Numbered from the stretch's first letter, positions 24,973-34,967 are shown. The stretch: 40,004 nucleotides of DNA from a virus (IMGVR_UViG_2645727669_000017), one strand, 5' to 3'. Program-made: numbers and translations. The notes: generated by a model from the sequence alone, not told the origin.

Positions 24973-26944
24973 TTCCTGGTTCAGGATGCAGGCTGGTCAC
25001 CAGAGTGACGCGGATATTTATATTTATGACGAGATTGGTTTCTGGGGTGTTACAGCGAAGCAGTTTATCAGTGATCTGAATGCACTGGGCGATATCACCC
25101 ACATTAATCTCCATATTAATTCACCGGGTGGCGATGTCTTTGAAGGCATCGCCATTTTTAATGCGCTGAAAACACATGGTGCGTCCATTACCGTTTATGT
25201 CGACGGTGTGGCGGCGTCAATGGCGTCGGTCATTGCGATGGTAGGAAACCCGGTCATTATGCCGGAAAACACCTTCATGATGATTCATAAACCATTTGGC
25301 TTTACGGGCGGTGATGCGGAGGACATGCGCACCTATGCCGACCTGCTCGATAAAGTTGAGGCGGTTCTGTTACCCGCTTATGCACAGAAAACCGGGAAAA
25401 CCACCGATGAAATTGCTGCCATGCTGGCGGATGAGACCTGGATGTCCGGTGCCGAATGTCTGGCACATGGATTTGCTGATCAGGTAACGCCAGCCGTTAA
25501 GGCAATGGCATGTATTCAGTCAAAACGTACAGAGGAATTTAAAAAGATGCCGGAATCCATTCGAAACATGATTACTCCGCCACGCAACAGTGCTCCACGC
25601 GTACAGGATAATGAACCTGAAGCCTCCCGGACGCCAGTGCAGGCAGCAGCACCCGTGGTGGATGAAAACAGCATCCGTGCGCAGGTACTGGCAGAGCAAA
25701 AAGCGCGTGTAAACGGTATTAATGATCTGTTTGCCATGTTTGGCGGGCGTTATCAGACGCTGCAGGCTCAGTGTCTTGCCGATCCTGAATGTTCGCTGGA
25801 GCAGGCCCGCGAAAAGCTGTTGAACGAGATGGGGCGCGAGTCCACGCCATCCAATAAAAATACCCCGGCTCATATTTATGCCGGTAACGGTAATTTTGTG
25901 GGGGACGGGATCCGCCAGGCGCTGATGGCGCGTGCCGGATTTGAAAAAACCGAACGTGATAATGTCTACAACGGGATGACCCTGCGTGAATATGCCCGTA
26001 TGTCACTGACTGAACGGGGTATTGGGGTTTCCAGTTATAACCCGATGCAGATGGTCGGTGCGGCGTTCACACACAGTACGTCTGACTTCGGTAATATTCT
26101 GCTGGATGTTGCGAACAAAGCCATTCTGCAGGGCTGGGAAGATGCCCCTGAAACCTATGAACAGTGGACGCGGAAAGGTCAGTTGTCTGATTTTAAAATT
26201 GCCCATCGTGTGGGTATGGGGGGCTTCAGTGCTCTGCGTCAGGTGCGTGAAGGGGCGGAATATAAATACGTCACCACCGGAGATAAACAGGCCACTATTG
26301 CACTGGCGACCTATGGCGAGCTGTTCAGTATCACCCGTCAGGCCATTATCAATGATGATCTGAATATGCTGACCGATGTCCCGATGAAACTGGGCCGTGC
26401 GGCGAAATCCACTATTGCCGATCTGGTTTATGCCATTCTGACGTCTAACCCGAAAATCTCCACAGATAATGTAAGTCTGTTCGATAAAGCGAAACATGCA
26501 AACGTACTGGAGAGCGCTGCAATGGACGTGGCATCGCTGGATAAAGCCCGCCAGTTGATGCGCGTTCAGAAAGAGGGGGAGCGTCATCTGAATATTCGTC
26601 CTGCGTTCGTACTGGTACCGACGGCGATGGAGTCTGTTGCTAACCAGGTCATTCGCTCCTCAAGTGTCAAGGGGGCTGACATTAACGCCGGTATTATTAA
26701 CCCGGTGAAAGATTTTGCGACCGTTATTGCAGAGCCTCGTCTTGATGATAACAGCCAGACCACCTTCTACCTGGCTGCGTCAAAAGGCTCCGATACGATT
26801 GAAGTGGCTTATCTCAACGGTGTGGATACGCCATATATTGATCAGATGGAGGGCTTCAGTGTGGATGGCGTGACAACGAAAGTGCGTATTGACGCCGGTG
26901 TCGCGCCAGTTGATCACCGCGGTCTGGTGAAATGTACGGCGTAA
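24917..26944 (+). CDS. Prohead protease (ClpP/S49-like) fused to major capsid protein
   Basis: Single ORF with N-terminal ClpP-like domain (INSPGGDVFEGIAIFNAL...SMASVIAM), a linker and a C-terminal capsid domain; start taken as GTG 24917 with AAGGAGG RBS (alternative ATG 24986). Confidence 0.85.
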   Translation: MPQRNDRSRSTPTTSPKINSWFRMQAGHQSDADIYIYDEIGFWGVTAKQFISDLNALGDITHINLHINSPGGDVFEGIAIFNALKTHGASITVYVDGVAASMASVIAMVGNPVIMPENTFMMIHKPFGFTGGDAEDMRTYADLLDKVEAVLLPAYAQKTGKTTDEIAAMLADETWMSGAECLAHGFADQVTPAVKAMACIQSKRTEEFKKMPESIRNMITPPRNSAPRVQDNEPEASRTPVQAAAPVVDENSIRAQVLAEQKARVNGINDLFAMFGGRYQTLQAQCLADPECSLEQAREKLLNEMGRESTPSNKNTPAHIYAGNGNFVGDGIRQALMARAGFEKTERDNVYNGMTLREYARMSLTERGIGVSSYNPMQMVGAAFTHSTSDFGNILLDVANKAILQGWEDAPETYEQWTRKGQLSDFKIAHRVGMGGFSALRQVREGAEYKYVTTGDKQATIALATYGELFSITRQAIINDDLNMLTDVPMKLGRAAKSTIADLVYAILTSNPKISTDNVSLFDKAKHANVLESAAMDVASLDKARQLMRVQKEGERHLNIRPAFVLVPTAMESVANQVIRSSSVKGADINAGIINPVKDFATVIAEPRLDDNSQTTFYLAASKGSDTIEVAYLNGVDTPYIDQMEGFSVDGVTTKVRIDAGVAPVDHRGLVKCTA

Positions 26945-26967
26945 ACGTCGCAGACAACAACTCTGAT

Positions 26968-26987
26968 GGCCCGTAAGGGCTTTTTTT
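26968..26987 (+). terminator. Short hairpin plus T7 run after the capsid gene
   Basis: GCCC-GTAA-GGGC followed by TTTTTTT; second hairpin AGCCCC-TGAAC-GGGGCT at 26999-27015. Confidence 0.35.
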
Positions 26988-27030
26988 GTACCTGAAATCA
27001 GCCCCTGAACGGGGCTGTGCGGAGACAGTT

Positions 27031-27354
27031 ATGGCAAAGAATTTTGTAGAAGAAGGAAAAACGGTGGCGATTGTTGCCAGTGCAGCCATCAGCAGCGGAG
27101 ACCTGGTGCAGGTGGGTGATGTTTTTGCGGTGGCGCTGACCGATATTCCACAGGGTGAAACAGGCGACGGCCTGACCGAAGGTGTGTTTATGCTGCCTAA
27201 GCTGAAAACGGATGACATGAAAACGGGTAAGAAGGTTTATCTGAAGTCCGGAAAAGTTCAGCTGACTAACAGCGGCTCTGATCCGCTGGTCGGGGTTGTC
27301 TGGGCAGATGCCGGAACCAGTGCAGAAGAAGTGCCGGTAAAACTCAATGTCTGA
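27031..27354 (+). CDS. Head accessory protein (DUF2190-like; decoration or head-closure candidate)
   Basis: 108-aa product from ATG 27031 with GGAG RBS; positioned between capsid and head-tail joining genes. Confidence 0.45.
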   Translation: MAKNFVEEGKTVAIVASAAISSGDLVQVGDVFAVALTDIPQGETGDGLTEGVFMLPKLKTDDMKTGKKVYLKSGKVQLTNSGSDPLVGVVWADAGTSAEEVPVKLNV

Positions 27355-27622
27355 TCCCTTTTCCCGGCTGGCAGCGCGTATGGATGCGATCACGGTCAGA
27401 AAGATGGGAAAGACAGCCTCGATTAATGATGTCGATATGACTGTGATCCCGGGAGAAACACTGGCAGAGCTGAATGCTCTGTCCGGACCTGCGGTCTCTC
27501 TGGTGGTGTTTTCTTCGGGATACCGCCCACGGCGCGGGGATCGCGTTGTTTATGACGGACAACATTGGACGGTCACACGGCATGAACGCTTTAACGGTAA
27601 GCCAATGATCTTTATTGAGTAA
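27347..27622 (+). CDS. Head-tail joining protein (FII-like)
   Basis: 91-aa ORF with RRGDRVVYDGQHWTV motif resembling the lambda FII C-terminal region; synteny before Z. Confidence 0.5.
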   Translation: MSDPFSRLAARMDAITVRKMGKTASINDVDMTVIPGETLAELNALSGPAVSLVVFSSGYRPRRGDRVVYDGQHWTVTRHERFNGKPMIFIE

Positions 27623-27633
27623 AGAGGTGTGGG

Positions 27634-28212
27634 ATGAAGGGGCTTGAGAATGCCATCCGCAATCTGAACAGCCTTGATACCCGTATGGTGCCACAGGCCA
27701 GCGCATGGGCGATAAACCGTGTGGCACAGAAAGCGGTCTCGGTTGCCACCCGGCAGGTTGCCGGGAATACCGTTGCGGGAGATAACCAAGTGAAAGGGAT
27801 ACCCCTGAAACTGGTACGTCAGCGTGTCCGGGTGTTTAAAGCCAGTCCGTCAGGAAAAATGACGGCCAGGATCCGCGTTAACCGGGGCAATCTGCCTGCC
27901 ATTAAGCTGGGGACCGCCCGGGTCAGTCTGACCCGGCGTGGTGGAAAACTGCAGTACCGTGGCAGCGTGCTGAAGGTGGGTAAATATCTTTTCCGGGATG
28001 CGTTTATTCAGCAACTGGCGAATGGTCGCTGGCATGTGATGCGGCGTATTGATGGCAAAAATCGTTACCCCATTGATGTGGTGAAAATCCCTCTGTCCGG
28101 ACCGCTGACACAGGCATTTGAAGATGCCCGCGACCGCATCATTGCTGCGGAAATGCCGAAACAGCTGGGGTATGCACTGAAACAACAACTGAGGTTATGG
28201 CTGACCCGATGA
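27634..28212 (+). CDS. Z: Minor tail protein Z
   Basis: 192-aa ORF closely matching my recollection of lambda gpZ (INRVA..., RVNRGNLPAIKLG, NGRWHVMRR...NRYPIDVVKIP). Confidence 0.85.
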   Translation: MKGLENAIRNLNSLDTRMVPQASAWAINRVAQKAVSVATRQVAGNTVAGDNQVKGIPLKLVRQRVRVFKASPSGKMTARIRVNRGNLPAIKLGTARVSLTRRGGKLQYRGSVLKVGKYLFRDAFIQQLANGRWHVMRRIDGKNRYPIDVVKIPLSGPLTQAFEDARDRIIAAEMPKQLGYALKQQLRLWLTR

Positions 28213-28610
28213 ACCGACATACACAAATCCGCCAGGTCGTACTGGCACGCCTTCGGGAACAGTGTGGAGACAGCGCCACGTTTTTTGACGGGCTTCCGGC
28301 ATTTGTTGATGCGCAGGAACTGCCTGCCGTGGCGGTGTGGCTGAGTGATGCTCAGTACACCGGAAAAATGACGGATGAAGATGACTGGCAGGCTGTTCTG
28401 CATATTGCTGTCTTCATCCGGGCACAGGCACCGGATTCAGAGCTGGATATGTGGATGGAGAGCACCATTTTCCCGGCTCTGAATGATATACCGGCACTTT
28501 CCGGACTCATCGACACCCTGATCCCTCTCGGTTTTAACTATCAACGTGATAATGAGATGGCCACCTGGGCGATGGCGGAAATCACGTACCAGATCACGTA
28601 CACGAATTAA
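28209..28610 (+). CDS. U: Tail terminator protein U
   Basis: ATGA overlap with Z; product matches lambda gpU pattern (ATFFDG, FPAVAVWLSDAQYTG, PDSELDMWMES, DIPALS). Confidence 0.85.
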   Translation: MNRHTQIRQVVLARLREQCGDSATFFDGLPAFVDAQELPAVAVWLSDAQYTGKMTDEDDWQAVLHIAVFIRAQAPDSELDMWMESTIFPALNDIPALSGLIDTLIPLGFNYQRDNEMATWAMAEITYQITYTN

Positions 28611-28620
28611 GGAGGTGGCA

Positions 28621-29364
28621 ATGACCACACCAAATCCACTGGCAAAAACGAAAGGTGCGGGAACGACGTTCTGGATGTACACCGGCAAGGGCGATGCGTT
28701 TGCGAACCCTTTATCGGACACTGACTGGCTGCGTCTTGCGATGGTGAAGGATCTGCAGCCTGGCGAAATGACCGCTGATGCAGAAGATGACACTTATCTC
28801 GATGATGAAGATGCAGACTGGAAAACGACAACCCAGGGGCAGAAATCCGTCGGTGATACTTCGGCGACGCTGGCCTGGCGTCCGGGTGACAGCGGGCAGA
28901 AAAAACTGGTTCAGTTGTTCGACTCCGGTGAAGTCTGCGCGTTTCGTATCAAATATCCCAACGGTACTGTTGATGTTTTCCGTGGCTGGCTGAGTTCACT
29001 GGGTAAAACCATTGCCTCAAAAGACGTGATGACCCGCACAGTGAAAATCAGCGGTGTGGGGCGTCCGTATCTGGCAGAAGAAGGCACTGAAACCGTGGGC
29101 GTTACCGGGCTGACGGTGGCACCGGCATCTGCCAGTGTAAAAGTGGGAGCAACCACCACGCTGACCTTTACAGTAAAACCTGACGGAGCCAGTGACAAAG
29201 CGATCAGTGTGCATTCGACAGATCCACAGACTGCCACGGTGACCCTGAACGGGCTTGTGGCCACGGTGAAAGGCGTGAAGCAGGGCAGTGTCAGCATTGT
29301 GGGCATGACTTCTGACGGCGATTTTGTGGCAGTGGCTACGGTGGCCGTCAGCGCCGCAGGTTAA
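28621..29364 (+). CDS. V: Major tail protein V with C-terminal Ig-like domain
   Basis: MTTPNPLAKTKGAGTTFWMY...YLDDEDADW...NGTVDVFRGW closely matches lambda gpV as I recall it; AAGGAGGTG RBS. Confidence 0.9.
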   Translation: MTTPNPLAKTKGAGTTFWMYTGKGDAFANPLSDTDWLRLAMVKDLQPGEMTADAEDDTYLDDEDADWKTTTQGQKSVGDTSATLAWRPGDSGQKKLVQLFDSGEVCAFRIKYPNGTVDVFRGWLSSLGKTIASKDVMTRTVKISGVGRPYLAEEGTETVGVTGLTVAPASASVKVGATTTLTFTVKPDGASDKAISVHSTDPQTATVTLNGLVATVKGVKQGSVSIVGMTSDGDFVAVATVAVSAAG

Positions 29365-29384
29365 CAGGACGATACTCATCATTT

Positions 29385-29408
29385 GCCCCGATTATCCGGG
29401 GCTTTTTT
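29385..29408 (+). terminator. Hairpin plus T-run between V and G (partial terminator or attenuator)
   Basis: GCCCCG-ATTATC-CGGGGC followed by TTTTTT, immediately before the G RBS. Confidence 0.4.
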
Positions 29409-29421
29409 GCAGGTGGAGAAC

Positions 29422-29811
29422 ATGATGTTTCTGAAACAGGGCACGTTTAATTATGAAAAGCAGTCCGTGGTGCTCAGTGAGCTGTCCGGGCTGCAGAGAA
29501 TTGAATATCTGGCGTTTGTTCAGCAGCGAACGGCAAAGTTTGATGCCGAAGAGGGAGAACTGCCGGAGGCTGAACGACAGATTGCTTTTCTGCGGATGGG
29601 GATGGATATCAATGCCTGGCTGGTTTCCCGCTCACTGTGGAATGCGGAACAGTCTCAGGATGTTGAGACGCTTTGCGCATCCGTTATTACAACATGGTCG
29701 TATGATGCCCTGGGAGCGGGGGCGGAGATGGTTCTGTCGCTGAGCGGTATGGGAGCCATTGAGAATGCCGGGGATTTGGAGCATGAGGTGCTGACGCCGG
29801 AAAAGTCCTGA
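29422..29811 (+). CDS. G: Tail assembly chaperone G
   Basis: MMFLKQG... matches lambda gpG pattern (VTLSELSALQRIE); stop at 29809-29811. Confidence 0.85.
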   Translation: MMFLKQGTFNYEKQSVVLSELSGLQRIEYLAFVQQRTAKFDAEEGELPEAERQIAFLRMGMDINAWLVSRSLWNAEQSQDVETLCASVITTWSYDALGAGAEMVLSLSGMGAIENAGDLEHEVLTPEKS

Positions 29812-30149
29812 CGCGGGAAATGCAGTTTGTCATGCGGCTTGCCCGGGAGTTCCGGCGGGCAGACTGGCGGCGGATGCTGTCGGAAATGTCGGCCACTGAG
29901 CTTGGTGAGTGGGGCGATTATTTCCGGATGCAGAGCTTCAGTGATGTGTGGATGGATGCGCAGTTTGCCTCGCTGAAGGCATTGATCGTGAGAATGGTGT
30001 CCGGCAGCAGTGATGCTGCGGTGGCTGATTTCAGCCTTTTACCGGAAGAGAACGGGATACCGGAGCGAACGGACGAAGAACTGATGCATCTTGGGGAAGG
30101 TATTTCCGGAGGTGTGCGTTATGGACCAGATAGCCAACCTGGTCATTGA
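29787..30149 (+). CDS. T: T segment of the tail assembly chaperone G-T fusion, reached by a -1 programmed frameshift near the 3' end of G
   Basis: The -1 frame is open from 29787 to 30149 and overlaps the last 8 codons of G; candidate slippery heptamer GGAAAAG at 29799-29805. Confidence 0.7.
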   Translation, partial: GADAGKVLTREMQFVMRLAREFRRADWRRMLSEMSATELGEWGDYFRMQSFSDVWMDAQFASLKALIVRMVSGSSDAAVADFSLLPEENGIPERTDEELMHLGEGISGGVRYGPDSQPGH

Positions 30150-33100
30150 TTTGGGGATTGATGCGGCAGAGTTTAAAAATGAAATTCCCCGTATCAAAAA
30201 CCTTCTGAATGGTGCAGCCAGCGATGCAGAACGGTCTTCTGCCCGTATGCAGCGTTTTATGGAGCGTCAGACTCAGGCCGCCCGGCAGACAATGCAGGCG
30301 GCTTCTTCGGCTGCAACAGCCGCATCCGTCCATGCGCAGACGGTGGAGAAGAGCGCACAGGCTCATGAACGCATGGCCCGCGAGGTGGAGCAAACCCGCC
30401 AGCGTATGGAGGCACTGAGCCAGAAAATGCGCGAGGAACAGGCACAGGCCATGGCTCTGGCGGAGGCTCAGGATAAAGCGGCTGCCGCGTTTTATCGTCA
30501 GATTGACAGTGTGAAACAGGCCAGTGCGGGGTTGCAGGAATTACAGCGTATTCAGCAGCAGATCCGACAGGCCAGAAACAGTGGCGGGATTGGTCAGCAG
30601 GATTATCTGGCGCTGATTTCTGAGGTTACGGCGAAAACCCGTGTTCTTACGCAGGCTGAGGCAGAGGCTACCCGACAGAAAGTGGCGTTTATCCGTCAGC
30701 TTAAAGAGCAGGCAACCCGCCAGAATCTTTCTTCTTCTGAGTTGCTTCGTGCCAGGGCTGCCCAGCTGGGGGTAAGCAGTGCTGCAGAAGTGTATATCCG
30801 CAAAATGGAGCGGGCAGGAAAAGCCACGCATTCGCTGGGTCTGAAAAGTGCAGCGGCCCGCCAGGAGATAGGCGTTCTGATAGGTGAACTGGCCCGCGGC
30901 AATTTAGGGGCGCTGAGGGGATCCGGGATAACGCTGGCTAACCGTGCCGGATGGATAGACACACTGATGTCACCGAAAGGCATGATGCTGGGCGGGGTTA
31001 TTGGCGGTATTACCGCGGCCGTCTATGGTCTGGGTAAAGCCTGGTATGACGGTCAGAAGGAGGGGGAAGAATTTAACCGCCAGCTGTCGCTGACGGGGCA
31101 TTATGCCGGAGTCACTGCCGGGCAGCTGTGGACGCTCAGTCGTGCTATTTCCGGGAATGGTATCACGCAACATGCTGCAGCCGGTGCGCTGGCTCAGGTG
31201 GTGGGGAGTGGTGCATTTCGTGGAAACGATATCGGTATGGTGGCGAGAGCTGCCGCACAGATGGAGCGATCGGTTGGCCAGTCGATCAGCGATACCATAA
31301 ATCAGTTTAAGCGGCTGAAGGATGATCCTGTAAATGCCGCGAAGGCTCTGGACAATGAGCTGCATTTTCTTACTGCCACTCAGCTTGAGCAGATACGCAT
31401 CCTTGGAGAGCAGGGGCGGTCCAGTGATGCGGCACGGATAGCCATGTCTGCACTGGCAGAGGAAACCGGTCGGCGTACTGCGGATATTGATAATAACCTC
31501 AATGCGCTGGGTAGTACGCTGCAAACCTTGTCTGACTGGTGGAAGCAGTTCTGGGATGCGGCCATGAATATTGGTCGTGAAGATTCGCTGGATGCGCAGA
31601 TTGCCACTTTGCAGGAGAAAGTATCGCGGGCGAAAAGACTCCCCTGGACGGCATCATCTTCTCAGGTTGAATACGATCAGCAGCGTCTTAACGAGCTTCA
31701 GGAGAAAAAACGCCAGAAGGATTTGCAGGATGCAAAAGAGCAGGCAGAGCGGAATTATCAGGAGCAACAGAAACGACGTAATGCTGAAAATGCTGCACTG
31801 AACCGGATGAATGAAACGGAAGCAGCACGACATCAGCGTGAAATTGCGCGTATTAATGCCATGCAGTACGCCGACCAGGCTGTCAGGGATGCGGCGATAC
31901 AACGTGAAAATGAACGTTACGAGAAAGCCCTGGCATCCGGTAAGAAAAAAACACGCGAAACCCGTAATGATGAGGCCACCCGGTTATTGCTGCAGTACAG
32001 TCAGCAACAGGCACAGGTGGAAGGACAGATTGCTGCTGCAAGACAGTCAGCAGGCATTGCCACTGAAAAGATGACAGAAGCGCATAAACAGCTTCTGGCT
32101 CTGCAGCAGCGCATCAGCGACCTGGACGGGAAAAAACTGACGGCAGATGAAAAGAGTGTGCTGGCCCGTAAAGATGAACTGATTCAGGCACTGACGCTGC
32201 TGGATGTAAAACAGCAGGAGCTTCAGAAACAGACGGCACTCAACGATCTGAAGAAAAAAACAATTCAGCTGACCAGTCAACTGGCTGAAGAAGAGCGCGC
32301 TCAGCGTCAGCAACATGACCTGGATATCGCCACGGTGGGTATGGGTGATCAGCAGCGGCAGCGATATCAGGTACAACTGAGCCTTCGCCAGAAATACCAG
32401 CAACAGCTGGAGCAGTTGAGGCGGGATAGTGAGCAGAAAGGGACATATAACACGGATGACTACAGAAAGGCCGAGCAGGCGCTGACGGAGAGCCTGAACA
32501 GGCAACTGAATGAGAATCGCCGTTACTGGCAACAGCTTGAAATTGCTCAGGGTAACTGGAAAAACGGTGCCATGCGGGCGTTTCAGAATTTCACGGCAGA
32601 TGCGGATAATGCGGCAGGCACTGCGGAGCAGATGCTTACAGCGGCATTTAATAGTGCAGGTAATGCACTGGCTACATTCTGTACCACCGGAAAACTGAAC
32701 TTCAAATCTTTTACCGCCTCGCTCCTTTCTGATCTGGCAAAAATCATGGCTCAGATGTCCATGATGCAGGCAGTTAAGGGGATTGGTTCGGCGTTTGGCT
32801 GGGGGAGTGCAGCAACTGCCAGTGTGACGCCCAATGCTGATGGTGGTGTTTATCAGTCTGCTGATTTGAGTCGCTACAGTGGCACGGTGGTTAACCGTCC
32901 GACGTTTTTTGCTTTTGCAAAAGGTGCAGGTGTGATGGGGGAAGCTGGGCCTGAAGCCATTCTGCCTCTGCGTCGTGGTGCTGACGGTAAGCTGGGGGTT
33001 GTGGCGGATATTGGTGGTTCAGGTATGGCGATGTTTGCCCCGCAGTACAACATCGAGATCAATAACGATGGCACGAACGGGCAGATAGGTCCGGCTGCCC

Positions 33101-33195
33101 TGAAGGTGGTTTATGACCTCGGGAAAAAAGCAGCAGCGGACTTTATGCAACAGCAGTCCCGTGATGGTGGTCTGTTCTCCGGAGGTGGACGATGA
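30121..33195 (+). CDS. H: Tail tape measure protein H
   Basis: ~1024-aa product; N-terminus MDQIANLVIDLGIDAAEF and C-terminus NNDGTNGQIGPAALKVVYD...RDGGLFSGGGR match lambda gpH as I recall it; GGAGGTG RBS. Confidence 0.9.
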   Translation: MDQIANLVIDLGIDAAEFKNEIPRIKNLLNGAASDAERSSARMQRFMERQTQAARQTMQAASSAATAASVHAQTVEKSAQAHERMAREVEQTRQRMEALSQKMREEQAQAMALAEAQDKAAAAFYRQIDSVKQASAGLQELQRIQQQIRQARNSGGIGQQDYLALISEVTAKTRVLTQAEAEATRQKVAFIRQLKEQATRQNLSSSELLRARAAQLGVSSAAEVYIRKMERAGKATHSLGLKSAAARQEIGVLIGELARGNLGALRGSGITLANRAGWIDTLMSPKGMMLGGVIGGITAAVYGLGKAWYDGQKEGEEFNRQLSLTGHYAGVTAGQLWTLSRAISGNGITQHAAAGALAQVVGSGAFRGNDIGMVARAAAQMERSVGQSISDTINQFKRLKDDPVNAAKALDNELHFLTATQLEQIRILGEQGRSSDAARIAMSALAEETGRRTADIDNNLNALGSTLQTLSDWWKQFWDAAMNIGREDSLDAQIATLQEKVSRAKRLPWTASSSQVEYDQQRLNELQEKKRQKDLQDAKEQAERNYQEQQKRRNAENAALNRMNETEAARHQREIARINAMQYADQAVRDAAIQRENERYEKALASGKKKTRETRNDEATRLLLQYSQQQAQVEGQIAAARQSAGIATEKMTEAHKQLLALQQRISDLDGKKLTADEKSVLARKDELIQALTLLDVKQQELQKQTALNDLKKKTIQLTSQLAEEERAQRQQHDLDIATVGMGDQQRQRYQVQLSLRQKYQQQLEQLRRDSEQKGTYNTDDYRKAEQALTESLNRQLNENRRYWQQLEIAQGNWKNGAMRAFQNFTADADNAAGTAEQMLTAAFNSAGNALATFCTTGKLNFKSFTASLLSDLAKIMAQMSMMQAVKGIGSAFGWGSAATASVTPNADGGVYQSADLSRYSGTVVNRPTFFAFAKGAGVMGEAGPEAILPLRRGADGKLGVVADIGGSGMAMFAPQYNIEINNDGTNGQIGPAALKVVYDLGKKAAADFMQQQSRDGGLFSGGGR

Positions 33196-33521
33196 AAACC
33201 TTCCGCTGGAAAGTGAAACCCGGTATGGATGTGGCTTCGGCCCCTTCCGTAATAAAGGTGCGCTTTGGTGATGGCTATTCTCAGCGTGCGCCTGCCGGGC
33301 TGAACGCTGACCTGAAAACGTACAGCGTGACGCTTTCTGTTCCCCGCGAGGAGGCCACGGCACTGGAATCGTTTCTGGCTGAGCACGGGGGCTGGAAGGC
33401 CTTTCTGTGGACGCCGCCTTATGGCTACCGGCAGATAAAGGTGACCTGCGCAAAATGGTCGTCGCGGGTCAGTGTGTTGCGTGTTGAGTTCAGCGCAGAG
33501 TTTAAACAGGTGGTGAACTGA
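33192..33521 (+). CDS. M: Minor tail protein M
   Basis: 109-aa product nearly identical to lambda gpM as I recall it (MKTFRWKVKPGMDVAS...EFSAEF.QVVN). Confidence 0.9.
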   Translation: MKTFRWKVKPGMDVASAPSVIKVRFGDGYSQRAPAGLNADLKTYSVTLSVPREEATALESFLAEHGGWKAFLWTPPYGYRQIKVTCAKWSSRVSVLRVEFSAEFKQVVN

Positions 33522-34219
33522 TGCAGGATATCCGGCAGGAAACACTGAATGAATGCACCCGTGCGGAGCAGTCGGCCAGCGTGGTGCTCTGGGAAATCGA
33601 TCTGACAGAGGTCGGTGGTGAACGTTATTTTTTCTGTAATGAGCAGAACGAAAAAGGTGAGCCGGTCACCTGGCAGGGGCGGCAGTATCAGGCCTATCCC
33701 ATTCAGGGAAGTGGATTTGAGATGAACGGCAAAGGAGCCAGTGCAAGGCCAACGCTGAAAGTCTCTAATCTGCACGGCATGGTCACCGGGATGGTGGAAG
33801 ACCTGCAGAGTCTGGTCGGAGGAACGGTGGTCAGGCGTAAGGTTTACGCCCGTTTTCTGGATGCGGTGAACTTCGTCAACGGAAATAGCGATGCCGATCC
33901 GGAGCAGGAGGTGATCAGCCGCTGGCGCATCGAGCAGTGCAGCGAACTGAGCGCGGTGAGCGCCTCTTTTGTACTGTCCACGCCGACGGAAACGGATGGC
34001 GCTGTTTTTCCGGGGCGCATCATGCTGGCCAACACCTGTACCTGGACCTATCGCGGTGATGAGTGCGGTTATAGCGGTCCGGCTGTCGCGGATGAATATG
34101 ACCAGCCGACGTCCGATATCACGAAAGATAAATGCAGTAAATGCCTGAGTGGCTGTAAGTTTCGCAATAATGTCGGCAACTTTGGCGGCTTCCTTTCCAT
34201 TAACAAACTTTCGCAGTAA
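33521..34219 (+). CDS. L: Minor tail protein L
   Basis: 232-aa ORF in the lambda position with gpL-like Cys-rich C-terminus. Confidence 0.9.
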   Translation: MQDIRQETLNECTRAEQSASVVLWEIDLTEVGGERYFFCNEQNEKGEPVTWQGRQYQAYPIQGSGFEMNGKGASARPTLKVSNLHGMVTGMVEDLQSLVGGTVVRRKVYARFLDAVNFVNGNSDADPEQEVISRWRIEQCSELSAVSASFVLSTPTETDGAVFPGRIMLANTCTWTYRGDECGYSGPAVADEYDQPTSDITKDKCSKCLSGCKFRNNVGNFGGFLSINKLSQ

Positions 34220-34223
34220 TCCC

Positions 34224-34967
34224 ATGACAGAGACAGAATCAGCGATTCTGGCGCACGCCCGGCGATGTGCGCCAGCGGAGTCGTGCGGCTTCGTGGTGAG
34301 AACGCCGGAGGGGGAAAGATATTTTCCCTGCGTGAATATCTCCGGTGAGCCGGAGGAGTATTTCCGGATGTCGCCGGAGGACTGGCTGCAGGCAGAAATG
34401 CAGGGTGAGATTGTGGCGCTGGTCCACAGTCACCCCGGTGGTCTGCCCTGGCTGAGTGAGGCCGATCGGCGGCTGCAGGTGCAGAGTGATTTGCCGTGGT
34501 GGCTGGTCTGCCGGGGGGCGATTTACAAGTTCCGCTGTGTGCCACATCTTACCGGGCGGCGCTTTGAGCACGGGGTGACGGACTGTTACACGCTGTTCCG
34601 GGATGCTTACCATCTGGCGGGGATTGAGATGCCGGATTTTCATCGCGAGGATGACTGGTGGCGTAACGGTCAGAATCTCTATCTGGATAATCTGGAGGCC
34701 ACAGGGCTGTATCAGGTGCCGTTGTCAGCGGCGCAGCCGGGCGATGTGCTGCTGTGCTGTTTTGGTTCATCGGTGCCGAATCATGCCGCCATTTACTGTG
34801 GTGACGGCGAGCTGCTGCACCATATTCCTGAACAACTGAGCAAACGAGAGAGGTATACCGACAAATGGCAGCGACGCACACACTCCCTCTGGCGTCACCG
34901 GGCATGGCACGCATCTGCCTTTACGGGGATTTACAACGATTTGGTCGCCGCATCGACCTTCGTGTGA
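34224..34967 (+). CDS. K: Tail assembly protein K (JAB/MPN plus NlpC/P60-like domains)
   Basis: MTETESAILAHARRCAPAESCGF...HSHPGG (JAB motif) closely matches lambda gpK as I recall it; internal ATG 34224 just after the L stop. Confidence 0.9.
   Translation: MTETESAILAHARRCAPAESCGFVVRTPEGERYFPCVNISGEPEEYFRMSPEDWLQAEMQGEIVALVHSHPGGLPWLSEADRRLQVQSDLPWWLVCRGAIYKFRCVPHLTGRRFEHGVTDCYTLFRDAYHLAGIEMPDFHREDDWWRNGQNLYLDNLEATGLYQVPLSAAQPGDVLLCCFGSSVPNHAAIYCGDGELLHHIPEQLSKRERYTDKWQRRTHSLWRHRAWHASAFTGIYNDLVAASTFV

Noticed and set aside
25520-26587. Minus-strand ORFs (117 aa, 194 aa) inside the protease-capsid gene
   Set aside because: Antisense to a well-supported structural gene, with no independent signals.
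30970-32532. Minus-strand ORFs (184 aa, 161 aa) inside the tape measure gene
   Set aside because: Antisense to gene H; repetitive Gln/Leu-rich translations typical of the reverse strand of a coiled-coil gene.
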